DNA from: Hemiscyllium ocellatum
Lineage: Eukaryota
Assembly: GCF_020745735.1 (NCBI RefSeq)
Contig: NC_083430.1
Location: forward strand, 12,018,909 to 12,082,908
DNA length: 64,000 nucleotides
Reading direction: 5' to 3'
Both the position numbers and the translations under genes were made by a program. The notes beneath the pieces were generated by a model. The model ran no database searches. It had not been told where the DNA came from and worked only from the letters and a program-made list of their open reading frames with translations. Positions 36,698 to 48,109 of this stretch are shown here, one piece after another (positions within the stretch are counted from its first letter, which is position 1; the number at the start of each line of letters is the position of its first letter).

Positions 36698-38520
36698 GCC
36701 CACTTTACTAATTACTGTGGTAATGAAAAACCATTGGCAAAAAAAGTAAATGGCATTAATCATTACTGTTAGAATCTTGTTCAAAGAAGTTGAGAAACTG
36801 GCTGCATAATCACTGAGGGAAAGAACTACAGTCATTCTCTGCGTATAAAACCCTAAGGCTGATGCTTGACATGCATCAGACCTAACTGTGCTAACTCCTG
36901 AGATGCAGCAGAATTGCAAGTGGCCTTTTTCTTATTAAGAATGAATCCTGGTGAGACCCATGACTCTCCAGAGATAGATGGATTTCTTGATGGGTAATTA
37001 CTGAGATACTGCAGTTGTTGACAGTCATTAAGATTCTAAAACCATGTTCAATAGCAGCTCACGTGCAATGACTTTTCCAGCCTGCTCTCTCATATCTCTT
37101 AAAAGTAGTGTAAATGTCAAAGGAAAACTTAAACTTAGAAATGAAGCTGAGGGCTCCAATATGAAACATTGAGACCATATAAATCCATACTGGATGGATT
37201 TTAATGCTGAACAATTTCTGTTTGGAATAGTCAGCAACTGTAACATTGAATTTCTGAATCTTGGTGTTCATAGATGGGTGAATTTTTTTAATGGTGTATT
37301 TGTGGAATACTAGCTTGAATCAGGTCAGATTTTAAAGTGTGCAATTCGGCACATTGAAGCCCTTCCTGAGCAATCAAAAATATTAAATGTGTGTCAAGTC
37401 TGATATCCAAAAGAAGATTGGAAAGAACATTTCAATGTCAGTGACAATAAAAACTGCAGTTAGATGGATATGAGAATGTAGAAAAACACTCCAAGGTGAT
37501 TGAGGTGTAATTACACTGAGGTGCAATCAGATAAAAATAGACGGAAGCCAGACAAAAAGGTGTCACGATAGGTGACTGGATGCTTAGTTAAGGAGGTCAG
37601 TTTTGAAGTGATTCTTTTTTTAACCATAAATGAGGATGGAGACAGGTAGAGAGCTTAAGGTGGGGGGTTGGGGGTGGGAGGTGGGGGGAGAAGGGGGACG
37701 TGTCACCTGAAGGCATGGCTATCAAATTTTGGGACAGTGAGGGGGAATGCATGATAGGTCAGAATTAGTAGGAAGCAGTGTTCTGGAAGCAGTGGGAATG
37801 CAAATTGTAAAACTAGAGGAGATTACTAAAATGAGAAGGGGTGAGATTATGAAGACTTTTAACATTTCCTAGTACTGTAGACCTTCTGTACTTGCAGTGT
37901 TCACCTTTGCAACTACAAGTCTCAGTATCGGTAAGTGTTCACATGATGAGTAGATCTCTGTACATTTTCTAAGTGTTTGGTCAGTCCAGCAATGTGAATG
38001 TGAGAGGCACTGTAAAAATGCACACATTTTCCTTGTGATTTAGTGGGAGATCAAGTGGTACAAGGTGCCACACAGGCTAAATGTTCATATAGATACTGCA
38101 CGAGATGTTTCTGTGAATTATCCAGCTGAGTGGTTAGAAAAAGTCACAGAACATTAAATATGTTGTTAAAACGTTGAGATAATTCCGTACATTGTGCAGA
38201 ATCATCTTTTTAGAGACTAAATGTAGAATCGGGCCTAGAAGGTGTGGGTGACCTCTGAATGCTGGTGAGTCAGGTTTTCTTTCACACTTGTGTTCTTCTC
38301 AGTTAATTACATATTTGTAAACAGGTCAAACACCAGATTTGATAAGCAGGAAGTACTAAAGGCCACTGGGACCTTCTATACTCCACAATCAAGGGGCCAT
38401 ATTGGAGAGATCTCTGGACAGCATTTTACAGTCGGCAACCCATGAAGCTCAATCAATTTCTGTTCATCAACCATCCATCCACCCCTGGCCATGTAAGATT
38501 CTGGGTGATAAACAGTGCTT

Positions 38521-38728
38521 TGCTTTAGCAATACCTCCCTTAGAAGTTCTCCTGAAGGATGTCCAGGAGAGAAGGGAAGTCCTTTTCCCTTTGGATGTCA
38601 AGCGACAGGGACCCATCTTGACTGACAAAGGTAGCCTGGGCAGAGGTGACCGAATAAGTCAGCTCTCATGGGCAGCTCAAGAGAGACTGCCTCCTGTGCT
38701 GCAAGATGGTGAATGGTCTGCTGTGGTA
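38521..38728 (+). pseudogene. Myb/SANT-like DNA-binding domain relic, probably from a PIF/Harbinger transposon
   Basis: With two frameshifts: CFSNTSL/EVLLKDVQERREVLFP.../TKVAWAEVTE*VSSHGQLKRDCLLCCKMVNGLL, fitting the F-S-x-x-x-LEVL...LF...AW-x-EV...R-x4-C-x-K-x-x-N-x-L pattern of NAIF1/MSANTD-like domains. Confidence 0.65.
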
Positions 38729-38929
38729 TGAACCACAATTTTAATGCTTCATGCCCCTATGAGTGGGAGCTAGCATTACAAAATTGCCACTGCAGTGGTC
38801 TACCATGTCAGAGGTTTTGTCCCAACCATCTCCACTAGATGTGTTGTGTGCAATCGCTGCCTGTCACTTCATTGCAGCTACTATAGTAGCATTGGTGACA
38901 CCATAATGGTACTGCCTCTTCATCAATGC

Positions 38930-39600
38930 GGAGGTCTCATCTATGGTTGACATTGAGGGTGAGATTCATCACTGCATCCAATCATCGGACACCTAAGGAT
39001 GACTCTTTTCAATGACTGTAACATCAGTGCAGATACCAAGATCCTTGTTAATAAGGCAGTCATCCTTTCAACTCTTCTACATGGCTCCAAAACTTGGAAA
39101 TTGTAGAAATGTCACCTCTAGGCACTTAGGAACTACCAGGAATGCTGTTTGGGATGGATTCTGCACACCAGCTGGGGGACAGGCAGATTAATATCGGTAT
39201 CCTTGAATCAACCAACAGCACTGAGACAATTATCATCCAAAAGCAACTCTGCTGGGCTGGGCATGTTTAGGATGTCTGAGTTCTTAACTTTCAAGCAAAT
39301 CTTCTCTACCCAGCTCCATGAAGCTACTCGAATGAGATGAGGATGAAGGAAGTGTTTCAAAGTCTCCCTGAAGACTTCCGTCAAGAAATGCAACATCAAT
39401 GACATTGCACAGGAGAGCAGTTGAGAATAAACTGACCTGGAAGAACCTCCTGTTTTCTTTAAGACCGTCCATCGGCAAGAGGAATTATGAAAAAGGAACT
39501 AGAGAAAGGATTGTCAACAATTAAAGTTACAGGCCATGCCCACCTCCCAAATGAGGTGCAGATCTGGGATGGACTCATCAGCCATACAGGATCCACAATA
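38930..39600 (+). mobile_element. RTE-clade LINE 3' portion
   Basis: TKILVNKAVILSTLLHGSKTW...CCLGWILHTSW; QKQLCWAGHV; KQIFSTQL; terminal GLISH zinc-finger remnant. Confidence 0.8.
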
Positions 39601-40678
39601 TCCATGATCATTAACATGGAGTTTCCTATTGAGTGCTTGTCAATGACTACTTCTTTAATATTTGTTAGGGTTCACCCCTAAAATACTAAAAGTATATACA
39701 TACATAGCAGTTCTTGAGCCATCAGCTCAGTGACCCTCCCTCACAATGAGGAGAACATACATAGCTGACAGGTTTCACCAAACAGCTATATGGGGCAAGG
39801 ACACTACCACAAAAGATGGCCTTTTGAATTAACCCCCACTTTCTGTGCCAGTCATGTTTATTGGCACCAACTAGGGAGCTGCCTCACTTAGGCAAGCTTG
39901 TTGGCCTGGTGAGGCTTCACTACTCATCCTGCAAACGTTTAACAGTTGCACACCAGACTGAGTATGCCAGAGACATCTCATAAGCTTGTTGACCCTGGTC
40001 AAGCTTCAATGTAAACACTAGCTCAAAGAAATGCCTTGGTTATGAAGGAGCTAAGTTACAGAAGAGTTTTGTAGACATAAGAGCCTGGAGGAAGAGATCC
40101 ATTTTGCCAGCTACACACCTCCGATATATAATCATGTTAGTGAACACAGGAGTATCCAATGTTTCCTAAAGACAGCTGGGTGGTAATGAATAATTTTGAC
40201 GTGAATAAATGATAAAAGGAAAACCCGTCCTTCCACAGGGCTTTGAGAAAATTAATAGCAAAACTTTTTTCTGTCTCAGTTCAGCTGCCCCTCCTGCTCT
40301 TCTTAAAAACTCTGAACTGGCCTGGGAAATTCGACCCTCGGCTGTAAATATTTGTCGTCATTTAGGGTGAAGTCTGCCCCCCAGCTCTCAGCTGAAAATG
40401 TATTTATGCAGCAGGATGTGAAGACTTAACATCTAGTCCTTGTATTATTCCACTGTGAAATATCTTAGAGTGTTCTACTGTCTTAAATATACAGTGTAAT
40501 TGCAAGCTTTTGCTGCTGTATGTTGGGGGAGAGTTAGGTGTACAAGTTACTATTTCAACACAAGATAGTCTTAATCCAATGTTAATGTTTCCTAAATAGA
40601 TGCTACTCAGAAAGCTCCAGAATTAATGGGAAATGAAGAAAGCTCCCTTAATTTCTATATTTATCTTCCCTATTAGAT

Positions 40679-40805
40679 CTGAAGAAGTGTTATTGGACCT
40701 GATGCGTTAAATCTATGTTCTCTCTGCTGCCAGTCATGCTGAGCTTTTCCAGCAACTTCTGTTTTGTTTCTGATTTGCAGCATCTGTAGTTCTTTGGGTT
40801 TTTTG
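40679..40805 (+). mobile_element. Degenerate PLE pLTR (second subfamily); similar relics at 9870-9935 and 62925-63015
   Basis: CTGAAGAAGTG...GCGTTAA...GCTGAGCTTTTCCAGCAACTTCTGTTTTGTTTCTGATTT. Confidence 0.6.
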
Positions 40806-41584
40806 CTCTCTCTGTTTGTCGTTTTTTCGATTATTTGGCATGACGTATATTTTTTTCCCCTGACATTATAACCTTGCTTACAGATGGATATCTCGTTTTA
40901 AATATAACTTTCTGATTTGAATGCTTTCTGAAACACTTGAGTGATCATGATCCATGTAGAAATCTTTTCTGCTTGTGATTTTCAACTTCTACTAACAATG
41001 GGTTTCACTTACTCTGTCTTTTGCTGTCTGCATACTCTGCAGATTTAAGGTGACCCTGCAGCCTTCAGACTAATACGCATTTTATAAAAGGAATGACAAA
41101 GCATGCATCTTATTACCCACTGGTCCAGAATGCTGGGGTCAGCGATTTCCTTTGTGGTGCCCACTAGCTGTAGTCCTTGCCCAGCTGAGGGAGGGTCACC
41201 TTTGTTTCTGAATGGCATAGGTTCCAGGTGGTGTTGAATGGCTGTGCTGGTGGGTAGACATGGAATTGGTGATTAGTATTTGACTAATTTGAGCTCATGG
41301 TTTGAGGGGCTGCTCAGAAATTTAAACAAGGACACCAAAGGACAATGGCTGCTAGGTGTGGCTTTGCACTGCTGGCAGCTGTATATATCGGAAAATGCCA
41401 AGCACACCAGTTCTGATGGCCAGTGTAGGGGCATTGCATTTGGCAGGGCACCAGCATGGACAAGCCTAATGGGCGCCAGAAGCATGCAGAATGGACTGAT
41501 CAGAATGCCAACAGCAGCTAACATAATTTCAGTGCTCAGTCTGCAACCTTCAACATTGCAGGCACTGTTGGCACCCTTTCTTAA

Positions 41585-41940
41585 AAAAATCATGAGGGGT
41601 TTACGTAAGGTGACTGGCAGGTGCATTTTCTCGAGGAAGGTGGATTTCAAGACTGGGGGCATATTCTTAAGGCGAGTGGAGAAAGATTTAATAAAGACAC
41701 AAGGGGCAATATTTTTGCATACAGAGTGGTTTGAGTGTGGAGTGAACTTCCAGAGGAAGTGATGGATGAGGATACAGTTACAATATTGAAAAGACATTTG
41801 GATAAAAACCTGAATAGGAAATGTTTGCAGGGGTACAGGCAAAGCACAGGTGGGTGGGACGAGTATAGTTTGGGATTATGGTCGAGGTGGAATGGTTCGA
41901 CTGCGGGGTATGTTTCCATGCTGTCTGATTCTATGGCTGT
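41585..41940 (+). mobile_element. CR1 3' end
   Basis: WSELPEEVMDEDTVTILKRHLD; tail TGTTTCCATGCTGTCTGATTCTATG. Confidence 0.8.
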
Positions 41941-42074
41941 AATCGCAGCTGAACATGTGGGCAGCCACGACTGGGACTTTGTCCCATTTGTGCCTCTTAA
42001 TGGGATCAGCATCAGATTTGTAGGTGAAAGGCTTTCGATTTGCCCCTTGTTGCTGCAGACTTTGTGAGAATATT

Positions 42075-42237
42075 AGGAGAAAGTGAGGACCGCAGGTGCT
42101 GGAAATCAGAGTCAAAAAGCGTGATGTTGGAAAAACATTCCTGATGAAGAGCTTATGCTCGTAATGTTGACTCTCCTGCTCCTCGATGCTGCCTGACCTG
42201 CTGTGCTTTCATAGCACCACACTTTTTGATTTTTTTG
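42075..42237. mobile_element. Fold-back PLE pLTR insertion (centre deleted)
   Basis: Inverted arms; GAATATT duplicated at 42068-42074 and 42238-42244. Confidence 0.78.
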
Positions 42238-42664
42238 GAATATTGTCTTTGAGGTGCTGGATGAGTGCTGCAAAGCTTTACCCTGCTGGCTTTTTCCAAG
42301 GGGTTCCAGGGACTTTGGATCCCTGCCTGGTGAGAGTCTGTTAGCAGAATGTCACTTCTGGGCCTGCAGCACACCAGGGGCGTGAGTACAGCGAGCAGAG
42401 TGGAAGCTGTGGGCACCGGCAGGTGAAGAAGAAGGGATAGTAACCTCCCAGTATCCCTCCCAGGCGTATTTCTCTGTACCCAGCCTGAGGCGAACACAAC
42501 TTTCACCACCTGCGCCACTCCTTCAACTAGACCTAGTGCCAAATCACAAATGGATTCTTCCAGATGGGAAATGGGTCATTGTTTCCAACATTTCTGTATC
42601 AGAGAGCTGATGGAAGTTCTGTATAAAAGGAAGGGGATTTCATTCTCTTCTCTGAAATGAAAGG

Positions 42665-42965
42665 GCTGGTATGGTGGGTCAGTGCTTTCTCACAGCACTA
42701 GGAGTTTGCACATTCTCCCTGTGTCTGTGTGCATTTCCTCTGGATGCTCGGGTTTCCTGTACACAGCCCAAAGTTGTGCAGGTTAGGGTGGTAAGACCAT
42801 GCTAAATTGCCCATAGTGTCTAGGGGTGTGCAGGCTAGTGGATTAGCTATGGGAAATGCAGGGTTACAGTAGGGTCTGAGTCAGAGCGGGAGGACCTTCA
42901 GAGGGTCAGTATGAACTTAAAGGGCCAAATGACCTGCTTCCACACTCTAGGGATTCTATGGCTCT
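42665..42965 (+). mobile_element. HE1 SINE (degenerate head)
   Basis: GGAGTTTGCACATTCTCCC...GCTAAATTGCCCATAGTG...TTCCACACTCTAGGGATTCTATG. Confidence 0.8.
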
Positions 42966-45900
42966 CTGAATGGACAATTAGGCTTTTATTGTCGCATGTA
43001 CTCAGGTACACAGGAGAACTGTGAATGGTGTACAAAGTCACCATTCTCTGGCACCACCTTAGGTACAAAGAAACAGAATTAACATAAACAACCACCTTAG
43101 ATGCAAAACCAAAACAACCATATTCGATACACAAACAGAATTAAAAAATAACAAAAGCGGAAATACAAGAAACAGAGCCAAGAAGGAACAAGGGAATTTG
43201 CCTGCAAATTAAAGACTTATCTCCATAAGTTAACTGGTTCTCCCTGCCTGAAACCATGGGTTACTGCTAACTCACTGCCGCAACGAACCTCAGCTCTGAG
43301 ATCGAAGGAAGCCACGTCTGCTGCTGCCTTCTGGAACACACTGCCCTGGGTCTTGTTGCTGTGGGGAGTGGGATTCCCATGTTTCAATGAGCCATCGAGC
43401 ATTTGCTCCCGCCAAAATCTTCCATATATGGTAGAATCGAAAGATACTATTCCATAACGACTTTATCCAACAATAATTCTGATAAAATTGAACTATTTTC
43501 TGCGTGGTGAATTCTTGTAATGCCAGTCTGGTGGGTGATTTTCACAGTGCTAGAGGGTCTATGCAGTGGGCATAGGTGAAAACTGATGCCTTGCAGCTGG
43601 GTGTGTAGCCTTGCTATTTGGCCAGAAGCTGTGGGTCATGGTGGCCATCATTAGGACTGCAGCCATGTTGGAAATATGGTCATAGGAAAGGCATTAGAGG
43701 AGTAGCAGTTTTGGCCATGTGGAAACTGCCAGTCTAGAGAGGACAGGATATGATGCAGCCTCTCATTGCTGGATGGCTACAAGTTCCTCTGAGCATTGAT
43801 GTCCTCGGTCTGCATTGTGAGCTCGTATGGCATGACGACGGACAAACTTCAGGAGCTGAGACCAAACTGCCATGACAGCACTCCATTTTGGATGCCGTCT
43901 GGGCTACAATGGAAGCTGCATCATAGCTGGGTCTGTAAACACCCTCATGGGTTTGACCATCGATTCCATGTTGGAAAGATTAGACTTCAATCTGTTTGCA
44001 AACTGGAAAGTGTGCTATTCTTTCCCCCCAGCCTTACTGCAATCGCCTCATGTCCAGTGACTCACCAAGTGCTGATCCTGCCTCTGTATGGTCATGTCAG
44101 TGCTTTGGAGCCTGGATCAACCTTGTGATGATGTTATGGAACTACACCTCACAGGGCAGTAGTACAACAGCTAAGGCAAATTTATAAAAGAGAATGAGAA
44201 ACACGTGGAGAGCCTGAAGTCACGACATACTAAAGTTAGAAACATGTGCAGAGGAACAGGAAGAGCAGATTGACTAACATAGGCAGTAGAGTTTACACAA
44301 AAGTCTATGTACATGGAAGATTCTGGTGTATTACTGAACACTATATGTTGTAGTGTTTAATATTAATATGCAATAAAGAGGGTTACAAAGAAACTTAAGC
44401 CTAAAGACAATTCTTGACCTCACCTTCTCCTTGAGTTATCTTGAACCCAAACTCTTGAATTAAACCACACAACAACCAACAACCAGCCTGTATTTGTACA
44501 ATATGCCAGTGTCTGAACTTGTAGTTTTGAACCTCAGATCAAATGATGCTTTGTTATCAATGGACTGCCCCCTTCGTGATGGGGCCCCAATGGCAGGGGG
44601 TTGGGTGGAATATGAGAAATACGAGGTTATACATTCTGCAGCTCGCAGTTCATCTCAGATGGCAGGATGGGGGAAAAGAGTAATTTAAGACATCTCATTC
44701 TTACCCCGATGTTCTAATTCATGCTAGGTGCAGTAATCTCAGTGACTGCTGGCACTTTAGTGCAAAGAACCATCGAAGAGGGTCAGGTGATGCACATTTG
44801 CTTGTCCCCCAGCAATTCTCTGGTGCTCCTGGAAATTATAGGTGATCTTGTCCTGCAGGAGAGAAAGATGAAAGGAGGCGGCTGCGCTGCAATGTGTACC
44901 TGTAGTAATAGCTGGGTTTATGTGGAAGCTCTAGGATAAAGGTGGAGCACCAGGAGGAAAACCTGTTTCCCTGCCTTCTCTTGGGCTCGGACACCTGGTC
45001 CCGACATCCTACACCTGGCCTTCAGGGGGAAGCCAGCGACCAGCGGTCTGGTGTGGAGTGGAGATAGTGGCACGGTGGCAGCTAGCAGTCAGATCACCAG
45101 GAGGTCCCCTGTGCTGGTCTGCTGTGCACAGCCCTTGGAGAAGGTCTATGACGTTTGTCTTTTTAACTTCTTGATTTTCTGACCTATGGCGATGCTGTGC
45201 ATAGCTGCAATGTAACTTATTTTCTTCATTTCTCTTCTCTGTAGCTAAGGATCATACCTCGACACTCTGTACATAAGATGGCATCATGTGTTGGTGACAC
45301 TGTTACACTATAACTAATCTTATAAGTGAAGAGGCTATACCTAGGTACCTTTGTGCTTAAGATGGTGCTGCAAGTGGCAATTTATGAACATTTCACTGTA
45401 TATATTTCAGTATTTGTGACAATAAAACTACTTCAATTTAATTCAATTCATAAACAGACCCCAAGCCTGGATCTCAATCTTCCCCACCCAGTCTTTAACA
45501 ATGCCGACAGTTTTAAAAACAACCAGAAAGAGATATTCAGTTTGTGCACTGTAAGGCCCCACAAACAGCTTTCGGTAGTCTGCTTCAGTGATGTTTGAGG
45601 GTTCAATGTTGGATGGGACCCTTGGACGACTTCACAAAATAATATCACAGAATCGTTATGTTCCAGAGACAGGAACTTGATTTAACGGCTCGTCAGAAAG
45701 TCGTTGCCTCTGAACTATGTGCTCAAGAATCTAGTGGGATTCCTGAGTTCATAATCTTCTGATTCAGGGGCGGGAGTTACTCACCAAACCACAGCTGCCA
45801 CCACTCGATGGTAATTGTGGCTCTGAAGATAAAGCTTGAGAAATTATTAAGGGATTCTGATTAAAAGATAACTGCTCCACAGAGCAAAGTTGAAGAGTAC

Positions 45901-46457
45901 TTACTGGACCATTTAGAGGTTGAGGCATATAGACCAGCTAAGTGTAATTACAGTGCATTTAGACACCATGTCCTCTGTATAATTTGTCAATTTCATAGCT
46001 AAGTGCAACTCAAACCAGCAGATTGCAAAGCTGCTTACACAAGCACTACGCTACACAATCTTGTCTCAGGTAGATTACAAAGTCAGCTTGGCTCTTAAAG
46101 CTGAATCTTCAAGAGGTTCCATATCACAACCCATGTCCTCCTTTGACACTGTCCACTCTTTTCATATACATGTGAAAAATGCACAAATTCATGAAATTGC
46201 TTGGATTTTCTGGGTAAAGATCAGGAAAGGCATTGGGCCAGATTTTTTTATAAAAGAAAGGAGCTCCACATTTATGAAAATATTCAGAACTCTCCAAAAA
46301 TGGAGGGACCTGCAGTTCCATTCTGATTTTGACTCATTTGTATCAGAGAACCGTCAGGGGAAAGTGGACCACCTTCAGCAGCTGTTATATTCTGGCATCT
46401 AAAGGTCAAGATAGACACTTTGACAACTGCTGTCAAAGGGTAGGTACATCAGGTCTA

Positions 46458-46667
46458 TGTGATGTGTGGGTGCTGGGAGGGTAAGCTGTTTGTTGGGCAG
46501 GGCCTGTGATGTCAAGAATGTTAGGGCCCAATAGGGAAGAGATCAAATGTCACGTAGTAGGATACCAGATGGGTAGGGGCGAGCATGTCAAGTACATAGA
46601 CTGCCAGGTGGATATGTTGCCAGGGTGTCATTGTGATGACCTATATAAAAAGCCACAGGAATCAATA
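46458..46667 (+). repeat. About 210 bp direct repeat, copy 1 (LTR-like; contains CCAAT and TATATAAA)
   Basis: About 90% identical to 47321-47529 by manual alignment. Confidence 0.9.
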
Positions 46668-47012
46668 GATCAATTTGCCAGGGCATGCTATAACAAGGGC
46701 AATGAATGTGTTTTTTTTCAGAGGCTGAATTGTCAGAGTCAATAATGGTTGATGATTGCAATACTTACTGAAGCATTCCAAAAAGACTTCTTAGAAAAAG
46801 GTCACAGAGTTAATTCAATGCAATTCTGTCCTATGTATGATAGTTTAGCTCTAAACAAAATCTACGTAACTTAGTTGTATTACATTTAGCTAACAGAGGA
46901 ATATTATTGCAATGGGATTTCTGTATTTTCTGTTTGTATTTCACTAAAATTGCATGCCTATATATCTCATTGCTGCTTTTCCAAGCTTACCTTGCACAAA
47001 TTGGCTGCTATT

Positions 47013-47315
47013 TGATTAGATTAAATTACTTACAGTGTGGAAACAGGCCCTTCGGCCCAACAAGTTCACACCGGCCCTCTGAAGAGCAACCCACCCAGAC
47101 CCATTCCCCTACATTTACCCCTTCACCTAACACTACAGATAACTTAGCATGTCCAATTCACCTAACCTGCACATCTTTGGACTGTGGGAGGAAACCCATG
47201 CAGTACCAGGGAGAATGTGCAAACTCCACACAGACAGTTGCCTGAGGCAGGAATTAAACCCCGGTCTCTGGCACTGTGAGGCAGCAGTGCTAACCACTGT
47301 GCCACCGTGCCACCC
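47013..47315 (-). mobile_element. HE1 SINE
   Basis: Full head and tail. Confidence 0.9.
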
Positions 47316-47320
47316 ACAAA

Positions 47321-47529
47321 TGTGATGTGTGGGTGCTGAGAGGGTAAGGTGTTTGCTGAGTAGGGGCTATGATGTCAGTATGTTAGGGCCCAATAGGGAA
47401 GAGATCAGATGACATGTTATAGAGTACCAGATGGGTCGGGGCAAGCATGCCAAGTATATGGACTGCCAGGTGGATATGCTGCCAGGGTGTCATTGTGATG
47501 ACCTATATAAAAAGCCACAGGAATCAATA
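47321..47529 (+). repeat. About 210 bp direct repeat, copy 2
   Basis: See copy 1; the last 50 bp are identical. Confidence 0.9.
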
Positions 47530-48109
47530 ACTATGTTCCCTACATTATATTTGTAATTACATATCAACAGTAATTCGATGCCTGAGAATTGCATTGTGAT
47601 GCTGTGAGATCAAGAAAGATGCTGCACAAATGCAAGATGGATATAAAAGAACCAATAAACATCAGCAAGCTTTCCTGATGTCTACCAATAGATTTTTCGA
47701 CTCTATCAAAGGACAGGTTCGCTGGCCATCTCTGATTTGCTGTTACATTTGCCTCCATAACAATGACTGCACTTCAAAAATAATTAACTGGATATGAAGC
47801 ACTTTTAGATTTATAATGTGCTCCATAGGTGAAAGCTTTTCTTTGATGTATTCCAACTTACATCTCATAGAATCATAGAACCTCTACATTGTGGAAGACC
47901 CCATTCAGCCCATCAAGTCTTGGGGTATACTTAACTGTGCAGTTTACTTAATACGTGGTTGGGTAGCTCGAACGTTAAAGGACCACAAATTCCTCAATGC
48001 TGTTTGGCAGCTGCATTCTTGACAAACTTATGGAGCTCGTCCAGGAAAACCGCCATTGAAAGTGAAAGCGATTAAGAGACAGAAGTCCTTGATAACCCTA
48101 AAGGTTGGG

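Noticed and set aside
37655-37700. G-quadruplex-forming tract (also 13945-13980)
   Set aside because: The G-runs are real but lie within decayed repeats; nothing suggests a function.
41273-41842. Longest ORFs (189 aa minus, 160 aa plus) as host genes
   Set aside because: They overlap a CR1 3' end and show no recognisable domain or splice context; probably chance ORFs.
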